From: Alphaproteobacteria bacterium
GTDB lineage: Bacteria > Pseudomonadota > Alphaproteobacteria > G965222575
Direction of reading: 5' to 3'
DNA length: 64,000 nt
NCBI GenBank assembly: GCA_965222575.1
Contig: OZ244958.1
Span: 160,001-224,000 of the forward strand
The notes under the pieces are model-generated. The model was not told the DNA's origin. It made no database searches and saw only the letters and a list, made by a program, of their open reading frames with translations. This document shows positions 17,744 through 27,949 of the stretch, piece by piece. A program made the translations under genes and the position numbers. Numbering within the stretch: the stretch's first letter is position 1; every line of letters starts with the position of its first letter.

Positions 17744-19615
17744 AGGTGTTGTTCTTAAAGACTGTAAAGCCGCCCTATTGGGTCTTATTTTCGCCTCCGA
17801 GACAAGATTGCGGAGATAAAGTGCAACAACAGCCCGTTGGAGTGAAGTAGAGAGACGATTTTGTATCTCTGTTAAGAGATTGTCCTCCGGTTGTTTCGGC
17901 ACACGTTTTTGCTGGTATAAGCCGAGAATCACCTGTTTCTTTTCGGGATGCTCTACAACAAAGAGGTCACCTGGATTTTTAGCATTGAATAATTGGGTAA
18001 CAACAACGTAAGGAAGGTCTTCCTCTTCTTCTAAGAGATAGCGCTCCTTAAAAGGGCGGTTTTTTACTGTCAGGTTGTGCCTTAAAGCGCAATTTTCAAG
18101 GGAAAATCCCTCCTTTTCAATGCGTTCTCTACAAGCGGTCGCTTTCTTTACAGCCTGTTGTTGTTGGCTTGTTTCTGTCCAAAGTGTTTGCACTTGCTGT
18201 TGTACCTCTTTGAAGTCCGGAAGGAAAGAGGGCTGTACCGTTGTAAGATAAATGACAGCAATATCCTGATTGAGTTGTTGAATGACTGTGGTGTTCTCCA
18301 CTTGGGCGAACCCATTAGAGAGAAGATACTGCCGCATACTTTCTACCTCTAACTCCTCTTCTGCTTCTGAAAGCGTTTGCTCTTTTGTCAAAGAGAGAAC
18401 TTGAATCTCCTGCTTAAAGAGCGCCGCAAGAGATTGGAAGTCTTCTCCTTTCGCATCTCTATCCTGTAAATCAGCAACGATGTTCTCAATTTCCAGTTGC
18501 GCGCGTTCGTATTTTGCGTCTCGAAGTAGAGAATCTCGCGCTCTGTGGAAAGGCAATATGCCTTCTGGAATAATAGAGAGGATTTTCACGAGATACCATC
18601 CAAGCTCTGTTTTCACAGGGCCAACAACTTGCCCCTCTATTGCATGGAAAACCTCCTGTGTAATGTTTCTTGGCAAGTCATGCTCCGTGATACCCTCTAA
18701 GACCTCAGCATTCTCCTCCACGCCTTCAGTCATGACTAATGTGGCAAGGGATAATTGTTGTTGCGCCTTATTCTTCATAGAGAGGGCTTGCTCTTTCGTT
18801 TGTAAAACAAGACGTTCTATATCTCTTGTTTCTTCTTGAAAGAAGAGGTCTTTCTGCTGTTCATAGAGTGCTTTGAGGGATTCCTCTGTAATGACAAGTC
18901 TTTGTTGGATAAGCGTCTGTGGAATGGTGAAAAATGAAAAAGTGCGACTCTCAGGCTCTTGGAATTGTTCTGGGTTGTCCTGATAATAGGATAAGAGGTC
19001 TTCATGAGCAGGCAACTTACCAAGAGGCAAATGCTGAAAGGCAATATACTTAAGGCTTCTTTCTTGAGCTTGATAATCATAGAAATCTTGCGCAAGGGGA
19101 GAAGGAACACTTTTCATCCCCCCGACCAATAACTGCAAGAAGGTTTGTTGTTGCATCTCATCTCTAAGACTTTGGAGGATTTTTTTCTCCGTTAACCCAC
19201 TGGCTTTAAGAACGCGTTGTAACAAAGCAGGAGAAAAACGTCCATTTTCATGAAATTCCTTCATCTGGTGAACAAGTGCAATCACTTCCTCTGTGGAGAC
19301 AACAAATCCCATCTTAATAAGCTTTTGACGCAAAACTTCCTGTTGGATAAGCAAATTTAGCGTTTCTTGTTGTAGACGCAAGAGCTCTTGAGGCGGTACC
19401 TCTGCCCCGATTTTGTCATAAAGCTCCTTCTTTCGCCTCAGAGCCTCCTCAAACTGCCGCTCAAAAACCTGTAACCCAACCTTTTGCTTGTTGACAGAAA
19501 CAATCCATACCTCCTTCCCCCCAATGAGATAATCCGCTATCCCCCAAGTCGCAAAACTCACAATCAAAAGCACTAACAAAAGTTTAGCAGCCCACTGAAC
19601 AAAAAAATTCTTCAT
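17732..19615 (-). CDS. ppiD: PpiD-like periplasmic chaperone (SurA N-terminal and rotamase domains)
   Basis: LLI.SFA.WGI anchor, F...G.F, YY......F..PE.R, GPVKT..GW.LV. Confidence 0.85.
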   Translation of the reverse strand: MKNFFVQWAAKLLLVLLIVSFATWGIADYLIGGKEVWIVSVNKQKVGLQVFERQFEEALRRKKELYDKIGAEVPPQELLRLQQETLNLLIQQEVLRQKLIKMGFVVSTEEVIALVHQMKEFHENGRFSPALLQRVLKASGLTEKKILQSLRDEMQQQTFLQLLVGGMKSVPSPLAQDFYDYQAQERSLKYIAFQHLPLGKLPAHEDLLSYYQDNPEQFQEPESRTFSFFTIPQTLIQQRLVITEESLKALYEQQKDLFFQEETRDIERLVLQTKEQALSMKNKAQQQLSLATLVMTEGVEENAEVLEGITEHDLPRNITQEVFHAIEGQVVGPVKTELGWYLVKILSIIPEGILPFHRARDSLLRDAKYERAQLEIENIVADLQDRDAKGEDFQSLAALFKQEIQVLSLTKEQTLSEAEEELEVESMRQYLLSNGFAQVENTTVIQQLNQDIAVIYLTTVQPSFLPDFKEVQQQVQTLWTETSQQQQAVKKATACRERIEKEGFSLENCALRHNLTVKNRPFKERYLLEEEEDLPYVVVTQLFNAKNPGDLFVVEHPEKKQVILGLYQQKRVPKQPEDNLLTEIQNRLSTSLQRAVVALYLRNLVSEAKIRPNRAALQSLRTTPLLQ

Positions 19616-19731
19616 CTCAGAAAAACCCTATCTTATGGCGACTCTGTCCTCGGGAAAGTCCCGCACGAAGTCTATCACTCCTCTCTGTCCGTTGCGCGCG
19701 CGTAAGAAGAACCTGGTAGCCCTCTCTCTTA

Positions 19732-22700
19732 CTATTCTTCTTCTGCAAAGAAATCAAAGTTTGAAATTCTGCTTTTTAAGTACAACAACACAGGAATTCC
19801 ATCACCAAGAGAGATAACATCCCTAGGACTTACCCCGCTCCCGCGCCCGCTCAGCCAAAATTTTAACACTCCTTCCTCTGTAACAGTAAAGATAGCCGCT
19901 ACTTCCTCATCATTAGTATCGCCACTCTCAAGGAAATTCTGCCCCCGCAAAGTCACACTATTCCACCCTCTTGATAGAGAAACAGTAGTAGTAGCCACTC
20001 TAGGCAACGCCATGCGCACTTCTTTCACGCCTGTCAAAACGGACGACGGCTCTTTTCCTAAATTCAAAAGAAAAGCCCCAGCATTTCTCAACTGTCCATA
20101 GACCACATTCCCCACTGTCACTTTACCGCTAGTACTCTGATACTTATAGGCCTCATAAGTTCTATTGCCCCAAACATAGGCAGCCTTAGGGTTCTCAAAG
20201 GATTGCCACAAGGAATGGAAACCTCCTCCTTGGGGATTCACGCCAAAGATGAACCGTTCCCAATCAATACGAGCAGACCCAATTCCACTGTTTAAGAATC
20301 CGGGCAACCCTACCACCTGTACGCCTTTATCCATAAGACGCACTTTATAAGTGAGCAAGGCCTCTAAATCAAAATTGAGCTGTTCTGCCCTATCAAAAGC
20401 CGCCGTAAAGGAATTTTTAAAAGGCACATAGTTAGCAGCAGATTGAACAGCGGAAGTGAGCATCTGATACTGCCCATTCCTATTAATAGCCATCATGATA
20501 AAGGCATCTTTATAAGAAGGAAAGTCTGTAGCAACCAACAGCTCATAGTTGCCGTCGGTGGTGGTATGTGCGTGAGAAAAAGCCCCTTGCGCCCCTATAT
20601 TCTTAATGCCTTCTTCCATATAAGCCGTTCCTCTCAGATACCAGTTGCCAGCACTACTCAGGGTGAGTCTCATGCCCTCAATTCTCACATCCACAGGCCA
20701 AGAAATTTTACCGGGGGAATCAGATAGCATGTATTTCGCAGTCATTGAGCCATCAGTCTTTTTGTTGACATACAGTTTGATGGTCTTCACACTTCTTCCC
20801 CCAGCACTATCAATGCGTTCTTGAGCACTAGTCTCGAACTCTAAGGTTGACCCTCTTTCCTCTCTACTAGTGGTAATCTCTCCTCTTAAGGTTGAGACAT
20901 CAGGCTTCTTGATAAACACACCCGCCTTTATTAAAGAGTGTTCAGACACCGCGTCGCCCCCCATCATGACCGCTCCTTTCATAAACTGCACATTCAACCC
21001 CATCATTGTAGAGGACTCGCTCTCCACAAAAACATTAGTAGAAATCATCCCATGGGCGCCATAAGGATGGTAGACCTTATCTCCAACCATCAGACTCGCT
21101 CCACCTTGGTGATACTTTTGAACATACTTATCCCAAGCAGATACGGCACTTGTGTCAAATGACGTCACTATAGCACCTACAGCAACACCATACTTAAAAA
21201 AGCCGCTGTCATCAGAAGTAGCGAGAGGGGTATCGTCCTCACTTATCAGCACGTTCCCGTTATAGCTTACCAAAACATAGTCTTCTGGATTGACGGGGGC
21301 AGTGAGACTTAACTTAATCAATTGTGGATTCAGCAAAATCGCTTCGGAAGGACTATAATCATAGTAGACCCCTTCTTTATTAAAGATTCGGACTTTGAAG
21401 TAACCTGCCAGCTCCCTTTTGGTTACGGTGAGGTCGGCTATCTCGATATTATCGCTATATTGAATAATGAGTTTTTCCAGACGCACTCCATCTTTAATGC
21501 CTAAGAGTCTGATGGGGGAAGGAATACGCTGTTCGAGTACCACCAAAGAAGGAACAGACGCTAGGGTATTTCCGCTAAAATCACTAATCTGAATGGCGTG
21601 GGCCGCACCATCAACATGGATAGTCAACCCAGCATTCTCCTTGTACTTATTCAAGCCTTTTATCTCAAACACATTTTTACCTCCCCCCCTGTCGGCAGCA
21701 AGATCTATCTTATTATCTATGCTATCAAGCTTGCCTCTAATTTTTACGGAAGAAGAGAAGAAGCGCCCATAATACATGGATAACGGAATACTCCTTGAAT
21801 CTCGTTCTTTAATAGAGATGTAACCGGGGGGTGGTATTTTATCAGTAAGACCCTTCACAGGCTCAGAAAACACAAACACTAGTGTATTCTCATGGCTTAC
21901 CGTCCCTTCTGACACAGAGGGGTCCGGCTTATAGGACGCTCTTAGCAGAACAGGTTTTACGCCATCAATAATCTCCTCTGTTCTCTCAATGCGCGGTACC
22001 GGTAACTCGTCTATCTTCATTCGCGAGTCACTATTGATAACAGTAAAGGCACTCAAATCGTATGCGAGAGCGTCCTCAGATTGAACCATAAAAGGTAATT
22101 TTTCGCCCTTGGCATGCCCTGCTAAGGACTCACCATTAGTAAGAGAAGCATAGGGCATACTAATCTGAGCTCCACTTCTATACTCCTTATAGTCATCACC
22201 GAAACCACCCACAGGGGCATTAATGCTATCGAGGTCGAAGTTGAGACGGACTTGGGTAGGGCTGGTAATCTCTTGCATAATAGTAATGTAAATCTCTTCG
22301 CCATCTGTGCCTTTACGGGGAATTGAAGCAATATCCAAGTTGTTGAGCGAAGCTTGAGAGAAGAAACCAACAATATTGTGTTTATAATCTATCAGTACCC
22401 CATCAACAAACCCATCCTCATTGTTATCAGCGGTGGAGACAGACGGTTTTTCTATGAGGGCGCCGACAACAATTTCAGAAACCCCCACAACAGAAGAGGT
22501 GTACTCTTGCTCCAAGTCGGCCGCCGTCGCATCGTCTCCCACTCCAACATGGACAGGAATACTTGTCCCTGCCACATCTCTTATGGTGTCACTAGCATGA
22601 CCCGGTATGAAGACCTCAAGAAAATACCACCGCTCTTGCATCAGGCTATTAGCCGACTTCTTTGCCCTAAGTTGCAAACCGTCCTCATGGATTCTGGCTC

Positions 22701-24408
22701 TATCAAATTCAGTATCAACAACCTTCCAACCCACATCCACGTAATGATTGACATACGCACTCCCACTTGTTAGGTCTACACTACTGCCTACCTTTGTCTC
22801 TTGATTGTCAGTCGCAAGTTGGATATTCGCTGAAACGGCATTAATGCCTTCTAAATTAATTTTCGGCTTAAACTTCAGTTGGAAGGCATGCGACAAAAAA
22901 TCCGCTATAGCCGTCGGCACACTATCAGCTACGAAAGTAGCGCCGCTGGGCTTTACAGGGTGATTAAAGTATATTCTCACCACAAGCTCATCATTATTGT
23001 TTGCAGTGATGTCGACGCCCTCAAGTGAATAGGGGTCTCCTTCCGCCTCCTTAAAGAGATTGTGATTGTCTCCCATTTTTGGACTGCCGACAAGGAGGAC
23101 ATTAGGGACGATATTCCCACCAGTAGCTAATTTCAAAGGAGCTGATTCCCTTACAGGGATAAAAGCTGTTGCCGAATTGTAATAGGCACCACCAGCCATA
23201 ATACTAATACCAGTTTTCGAATCCATAAAATTGCCCGCTTCATCTTTAATGCTATTCACACTAGCATCATCCACCCTGATAGCCATGTAATCCACAGATG
23301 CGGTAAAGGGATCATTATCTCCATGAGCAAGAGACAATGTGACAATATTCGTACCAGCAGCAACTGCCGCATTTTGCAGTGTTGCGGTACTTGTCGTAGC
23401 TGTTACCGACGCGGCATAAGTCGGGGGCGTCCCTGACAACAAGGCTAATCCTGTAGAAGCAGTATTAAGTGGGGCGCCTGCTCCTAGTGGGTCACCGATA
23501 TTCCCAGCAGTAATTGCCTCCAGCAAGGTACTGAACACCAAAAAGACTTCTCCTGTTCTTGCCGTCCCATCAGTATGTGGACTCACAACGGCATCTATGA
23601 GGGCTGGTCCTTTATAGGACGACTTGATAGGAATGAGATACTGATTGAGTACGGCACTTTGTTCAATAAGGGAGGCAAGCACCTCTCCATCCACCTTGAT
23701 AGTCACATCCCCGCTATCCGTAGTCACCACTTTATCAACTTTTCCAAACAATGCCTTTGTAGCGGTTGTTACACTACCATTATGAAAAGAAATAATCGCA
23801 GAAGAATCCCCAGCAATGACACGTATAGCAGGCCCTACTGAATCTTCCTCCCCTTTAAGGTTAGGGTTTATGTTAAGGGGCATCAACCAACGTCCCTTCG
23901 TCTCAGGCGTTTCACTGGTATCACTTCCAATACGTTGCGGATCCACAGGGAGGGCACCACCGCCATTACTTTCGTAAGGGGCAATAAATAACAGCACATG
24001 GGTGTAAATCAAAGTATCATCTAGTGCAACATCAGAGGGCATTGCAACTTTGTCGGCAAATGTTATGGATGTTGCTGACTTTTCTACCCCCACAACTTCC
24101 CCTGACTCTATTGCGCCGTCTCCATCATCATTAACATACACAGCAATGAGGCCAACTTTATCCCTACTTTGCCCTGCAACAGCATCAGAAGCGGCTACAC
24201 CATCACCCGGATGAAACCAAACTTTTATCTTCTTGCCCGGAGAAGCAAAAAACCTCTCCCCGGAATCTCTTGGCGCCCATTTTTCAAGCTTGGTAGACTC
24301 GTGACCATAACCGCGATACGCTGCTTGAGCACTTGTAAAAACTGATACAGAAAAGAACGCTAACAACAAGATAACAAAACGTTCGAAAACTCTTCTTTGC
24401 TTTTTCAT
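19732..24408 (-). CDS. Large secreted surface protein, S-layer or Ig-fold-like
   Basis: 1558 aa; signal peptide ending SAQA; repeated IKDEAGN/IRDVAGT/ISDFSGN and YFNHPV/VFSEPV motifs; DDGDG and DNNEDG loops; C-terminal LSRGWNSV. Confidence 0.6.
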   Translation of the reverse strand: MKKQRRVFERFVILLLAFFSVSVFTSAQAAYRGYGHESTKLEKWAPRDSGERFFASPGKKIKVWFHPGDGVAASDAVAGQSRDKVGLIAVYVNDDGDGAIESGEVVGVEKSATSITFADKVAMPSDVALDDTLIYTHVLLFIAPYESNGGGALPVDPQRIGSDTSETPETKGRWLMPLNINPNLKGEEDSVGPAIRVIAGDSSAIISFHNGSVTTATKALFGKVDKVVTTDSGDVTIKVDGEVLASLIEQSAVLNQYLIPIKSSYKGPALIDAVVSPHTDGTARTGEVFLVFSTLLEAITAGNIGDPLGAGAPLNTASTGLALLSGTPPTYAASVTATTSTATLQNAAVAAGTNIVTLSLAHGDNDPFTASVDYMAIRVDDASVNSIKDEAGNFMDSKTGISIMAGGAYYNSATAFIPVRESAPLKLATGGNIVPNVLLVGSPKMGDNHNLFKEAEGDPYSLEGVDITANNNDELVVRIYFNHPVKPSGATFVADSVPTAIADFLSHAFQLKFKPKINLEGINAVSANIQLATDNQETKVGSSVDLTSGSAYVNHYVDVGWKVVDTEFDRARIHEDGLQLRAKKSANSLMQERWYFLEVFIPGHASDTIRDVAGTSIPVHVGVGDDATAADLEQEYTSSVVGVSEIVVGALIEKPSVSTADNNEDGFVDGVLIDYKHNIVGFFSQASLNNLDIASIPRKGTDGEEIYITIMQEITSPTQVRLNFDLDSINAPVGGFGDDYKEYRSGAQISMPYASLTNGESLAGHAKGEKLPFMVQSEDALAYDLSAFTVINSDSRMKIDELPVPRIERTEEIIDGVKPVLLRASYKPDPSVSEGTVSHENTLVFVFSEPVKGLTDKIPPPGYISIKERDSRSIPLSMYYGRFFSSSVKIRGKLDSIDNKIDLAADRGGGKNVFEIKGLNKYKENAGLTIHVDGAAHAIQISDFSGNTLASVPSLVVLEQRIPSPIRLLGIKDGVRLEKLIIQYSDNIEIADLTVTKRELAGYFKVRIFNKEGVYYDYSPSEAILLNPQLIKLSLTAPVNPEDYVLVSYNGNVLISEDDTPLATSDDSGFFKYGVAVGAIVTSFDTSAVSAWDKYVQKYHQGGASLMVGDKVYHPYGAHGMISTNVFVESESSTMMGLNVQFMKGAVMMGGDAVSEHSLIKAGVFIKKPDVSTLRGEITTSREERGSTLEFETSAQERIDSAGGRSVKTIKLYVNKKTDGSMTAKYMLSDSPGKISWPVDVRIEGMRLTLSSAGNWYLRGTAYMEEGIKNIGAQGAFSHAHTTTDGNYELLVATDFPSYKDAFIMMAINRNGQYQMLTSAVQSAANYVPFKNSFTAAFDRAEQLNFDLEALLTYKVRLMDKGVQVVGLPGFLNSGIGSARIDWERFIFGVNPQGGGFHSLWQSFENPKAAYVWGNRTYEAYKYQSTSGKVTVGNVVYGQLRNAGAFLLNLGKEPSSVLTGVKEVRMALPRVATTTVSLSRGWNSVTLRGQNFLESGDTNDEEVAAIFTVTEEGVLKFWLSGRGSGVSPRDVISLGDGIPVLLYLKSRISNFDFFAEEE

Positions 24409-24578
24409 AATAAACCCTGACTTATAAATTTTTTATATTCCTTCCTAAACTTTAAACTAGCGTTAAAGTCTTGAGTAGCATAGCATATATCTTATATACA
24501 TCAACAACAAATACTTGGAATGTCAAGGAGATTTTTTGTCTTTTTGGGGGGGGTTGTCTCTTTGAATATGAGGGAAAA

Positions 24579-24608
24579 TTGACAAGTTTGTGAAGAATGC
24601 TTTAGACT
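24579..24608 (+). promoter_or_regulatory. Possible promoter of the prs operon
   Basis: TTGACA-N18-TAGACT, then RBS GAGGAGG before ATG 24647. Confidence 0.45.
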
Positions 24609-24646
24609 TTGGGTTGAGGATGTTAAGAGGAGGTATTGGAAGAGCA

Positions 24647-25582
24647 ATGAAGTTACTTGCGGGTTCATCTTTGACTGATTTTTCTCAACGGGTATCAGAG
24701 TTTTTAGGGGAGGCGTTAACGAAGGTAGAGTTACGGACTTTTTCAGATGGAGAAAGTTGTCCTGAAATTAAGGAAACGATACGTGGGGAGGATATTTTTA
24801 TTCTTCAGTCTACGGCGCCGCCTGTGAATGATCGGTTGATGGAGTTGTTGTTAATGATTGATGCGGCGAAGCGTGCTGGGGGTCGGTGTGTGACAGCGGT
24901 GATACCGTATTTTGGGTATGCGCGCCAAGACAGAAAGCTGTTGCCGAGGACGCCTATATCGGCGCGGTTAGTGGCTAATCTTTTGGAGACGGCCGGTGTC
25001 AATCGTGTCCTCACCATGGACTTACACGCAGTACAAATTCAGGGATTTTTCAACATTCCAGTGGATAATCTCTCGCCTATGCCAACCATGACAAAGCGGA
25101 TAAGAGAAACCTTTGGAGATTGCTCCTGTATGACGGTGGTGAGCCCTGATATAGGGGGAGTAAAACGGGCACGCGACCTAGCAAGCCTGCTCAATGTCCC
25201 CATTGGTATCGCGGATAAAAGGCGGGATATCAAAGGGCAGGCTCATATCATGCATATCATAGGGGATATTAAGGGGCGCGTGTGTCTTCTCACGGACGAT
25301 ATCATAGACAGCGCAAGCACCTTATGCAAAGTTGGAGAACGTCTTATGTCCATGGGGGCAAAGGCCTGTCATGCTTATGTGACGCATGGGTTATTGTCTG
25401 GCGAGGCCTTAGAGAGGATTGAAACTTCTCCCTTGCAATCTGTTGTCATCTCAGACACTATTGCTCAAAGGGAGGTGAGTGCTAAAATCCAGAGTGTCTC
25501 TGTTGCGCCGCTCATAGGAGAAGCGGTGCGGAGAATCTCCAGAGATTGTTCTGTTTCCTCGCTATTTCCGACTATTTCTTAA
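24647..25582 (+). CDS. prs: Ribose-phosphate pyrophosphokinase
   Basis: FSDGE, PYFGYARQDRK, DLHA.QIQGFF, VVSPDIGGVKRA, DDIIDS. Confidence 0.97.
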   Translation: MKLLAGSSLTDFSQRVSEFLGEALTKVELRTFSDGESCPEIKETIRGEDIFILQSTAPPVNDRLMELLLMIDAAKRAGGRCVTAVIPYFGYARQDRKLLPRTPISARLVANLLETAGVNRVLTMDLHAVQIQGFFNIPVDNLSPMPTMTKRIRETFGDCSCMTVVSPDIGGVKRARDLASLLNVPIGIADKRRDIKGQAHIMHIIGDIKGRVCLLTDDIIDSASTLCKVGERLMSMGAKACHAYVTHGLLSGEALERIETSPLQSVVISDTIAQREVSAKIQSVSVAPLIGEAVRRISRDCSVSSLFPTIS

Positions 25583-25593
25583 GGGTTAAAGTT

Positions 25594-26250
25594 ATGTCAC
25601 TCCTTACATTGACACTCAAGGCTCTTCCCAGAGAGCAAACAGGCAAGCGTGCCACAAAAGAGATACGCAACCGCGCTCTAGTGCCTGCTATCATCTACAG
25701 CAAAGGAGAAACCCCTTTACATATTTGTATAGAAGAAGGGCATTTAGGGAGCTATCTACGGACACCCGGCGTTGCGAGCAAGGTCTGTCATCTTGGCTAT
25801 CAGGACAAAACCATTACAGTTCTTCCTAAAGAGTTACAACGTCATGTGGTCACGGACAAGCCGTTACATTGTGATTTTATCCGCGTTGGGAAAGACACGA
25901 TGATAACCACTGCTGTGTCTGTGGTGTTTGAAAATGAAGACCAATCCATAGGATTAAAACGTGGGGGCGTCTTAAACATTGTGCGTCATACCATAGACCT
26001 TGTCTGTCCTGTGTATGAGATACCGCAAAACATTGCTGTGGATTTAACAGGGGCTGATATAGGATTTTCTGTTCATATGTCTCACCTAACCTTGCCCGAG
26101 GGGATACGACCTTCCATTACAGACAGAGACTTCACCATTGCTACCATTTCAGCACCTTCCGTTATCGAAGAGGAAGAAGAGGCACCAGAGGAGGAAGAAG
26201 AGGAGGGTGCTACTGACGATAAGGTGGAAGACAAAAAAGAGACCCCCTAG
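25594..26250 (+). CDS. rplY: 50S ribosomal protein L25/Ctc
   Basis: R..TGK, VPAIIY, KELQRH.VTD.PLH.DF, GLKRGG.LN, acidic tail. Confidence 0.95.
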   Translation: MSLLTLTLKALPREQTGKRATKEIRNRALVPAIIYSKGETPLHICIEEGHLGSYLRTPGVASKVCHLGYQDKTITVLPKELQRHVVTDKPLHCDFIRVGKDTMITTAVSVVFENEDQSIGLKRGGVLNIVRHTIDLVCPVYEIPQNIAVDLTGADIGFSVHMSHLTLPEGIRPSITDRDFTIATISAPSVIEEEEEAPEEEEEEGATDDKVEDKKETP

Positions 26251-26255
26251 GTAAG

Positions 26256-26885
26256 ATGTCAACGGCGTATAGTCTTTGGGTAGGGCTTGGGAATCCCATA
26301 CCGCAATATATAGGGCAACGTCATAACATTGGGCAGCATCTCATTTCATCGTTTGCTTACCGACAGGGGAATCCGTCATTCAAGGAGAGTTTTTCGTCAT
26401 TAACCTGTACTATTGCGGTTCAATCTTTGCAGTCTATGAAGCTAATTTTGTTGTTGCCGCAGACACAGATGAATTTATCTGGTTACGCGGTGTTACAGGT
26501 GGTACATTTTTTCAAGATTCCCTTAGGTCGGGTGATTGTGTTTCATGATGATATAGATTTGCCGTTTGGCAAGGTGCGTCTGAAGCGTGGCGGAGAGGCC
26601 GGGGGACATAACGGTCTTTTGTCACTAGATGGGGCGTTATCCTCCTCTTCATATGCCCGTGTACGGTTAGGGATTGGTCGTGGGAGGGGAGAGATAGCCT
26701 CTTATGTTTTAAGTCCGTTTTCTCCTAAGGAGAAAGGACACCTAATAGCATGGACATCGGCTCTTTTGGAGTGTCTTCCGTCCCTTTTGTTTTTGTCAGG
26801 AGACCGTAGGGATATGGACATTTTCAGTTATTTTATGTCCACGATATCCCTTCGGTGTCCGCCGCCCTCTTGTTCTGTGGGATGA
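26256..26885 (+). CDS. pth: Peptidyl-tRNA hydrolase
   Basis: VGLGNP, RHNIG, MNLSG, VFHDDIDL, GGHNGL. Confidence 0.95.
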   Translation: MSTAYSLWVGLGNPIPQYIGQRHNIGQHLISSFAYRQGNPSFKESFSSLTCTIAVQSLQSMKLILLLPQTQMNLSGYAVLQVVHFFKIPLGRVIVFHDDIDLPFGKVRLKRGGEAGGHNGLLSLDGALSSSSYARVRLGIGRGRGEIASYVLSPFSPKEKGHLIAWTSALLECLPSLLFLSGDRRDMDIFSYFMSTISLRCPPPSCSVG

Positions 26886-27949
26886 CAAGTTTGAGTTGCG
26901 CTCTTGTGGGGTTGCCGAATGTTGGCAAGTCTACCTTGTTCAACGCCCTCACGCAAAGCGCACTAGCCCAAACAGGCAACTATCCTTTTTGCACCATAAC
27001 CCCTCAAGAAGGGTCTGTCTTTGTGCAGGATGAGCGTCTTGAACAGATAGCAGTACACGCTGCCTCTGAGCGGGTTGTTCCAGCTACTCTACGATTTTGT
27101 GACATTGCTGGGCTTGTAAAAGGGGCGGCTTCAGGAGAAGGGCTAGGCAACCAGTTTTTAAGCCATATACGCGCATCGCAAGCCATACTACATGTGGTAC
27201 GATGTTTTACCGACCCAAACATTCCGCACATCCACGACAAAATTGACCCCCTAAGAGACATTGATATAGTGGAAACGGAACTGCTGCTATCAGATATGGA
27301 AAGTGCGGAAAAACACCTGAAGAAGGAAGCAAAGGGCAAGGAAGCACTACGGCAGGGATTAGAGAAATGTCTTGAGCAGCTTTCTCAAGGCATAGGGTTA
27401 GCGTCTCTCTCAATAGAGGAAAAAGCCCTTATCAAGCCTTTCGGGTTTTTGACAGTGAAGCCAGTTTTGTATGTGTGTAATGTAGCGGGAATGGCAGAGT
27501 CTGTAAGGATGAGGTGCGAGGTGGAATCTCTAGCGAAAAAAATAGGGGGCAGTGTTTTCGTCATTGCAGCAGAACTAGAAACGCAAATACTCCAGTTGCC
27601 TCCCTCAGAGCAAAAAGCCTTTTTACAAGATGAAGGGTTTCAAGAAAGCGGACTTAACCGCCTGATTAAGGCAGCCTACAGCCTGCTCTCTTTGCGCACA
27701 TTTTTCACCATAGACTCCAAAGAAACAAGAGCATGGACTATTAAAGACGGCCTAAGGGCAGAAGAAGCCGCTGGAAAAATACACACCGATTTTAAGTGCG
27801 GATTCATTAAAGCAGAAGTCATCTCCTATGAGCATTTCATCAAACACAATGGCCTGAAAGGTGCGAAATCCGCAGGACACTTAAGACAAGAAGGCAAAGA
27901 CTATCGCCTCCAAGAGGGAGACATTATACGCTTTCTCTTTAATGTCTAA
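26882..27949 (+). CDS. ychF: Redox-regulated ATPase YchF
   Basis: GLPNVGKSTLFNALT, NYPFCTI, DIAGLVKGA..GEGLGNQFL, AAGKIHTDF. Confidence 0.97.
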   Translation: MTSLSCALVGLPNVGKSTLFNALTQSALAQTGNYPFCTITPQEGSVFVQDERLEQIAVHAASERVVPATLRFCDIAGLVKGAASGEGLGNQFLSHIRASQAILHVVRCFTDPNIPHIHDKIDPLRDIDIVETELLLSDMESAEKHLKKEAKGKEALRQGLEKCLEQLSQGIGLASLSIEEKALIKPFGFLTVKPVLYVCNVAGMAESVRMRCEVESLAKKIGGSVFVIAAELETQILQLPPSEQKAFLQDEGFQESGLNRLIKAAYSLLSLRTFFTIDSKETRAWTIKDGLRAEEAAGKIHTDFKCGFIKAEVISYEHFIKHNGLKGAKSAGHLRQEGKDYRLQEGDIIRFLFNV

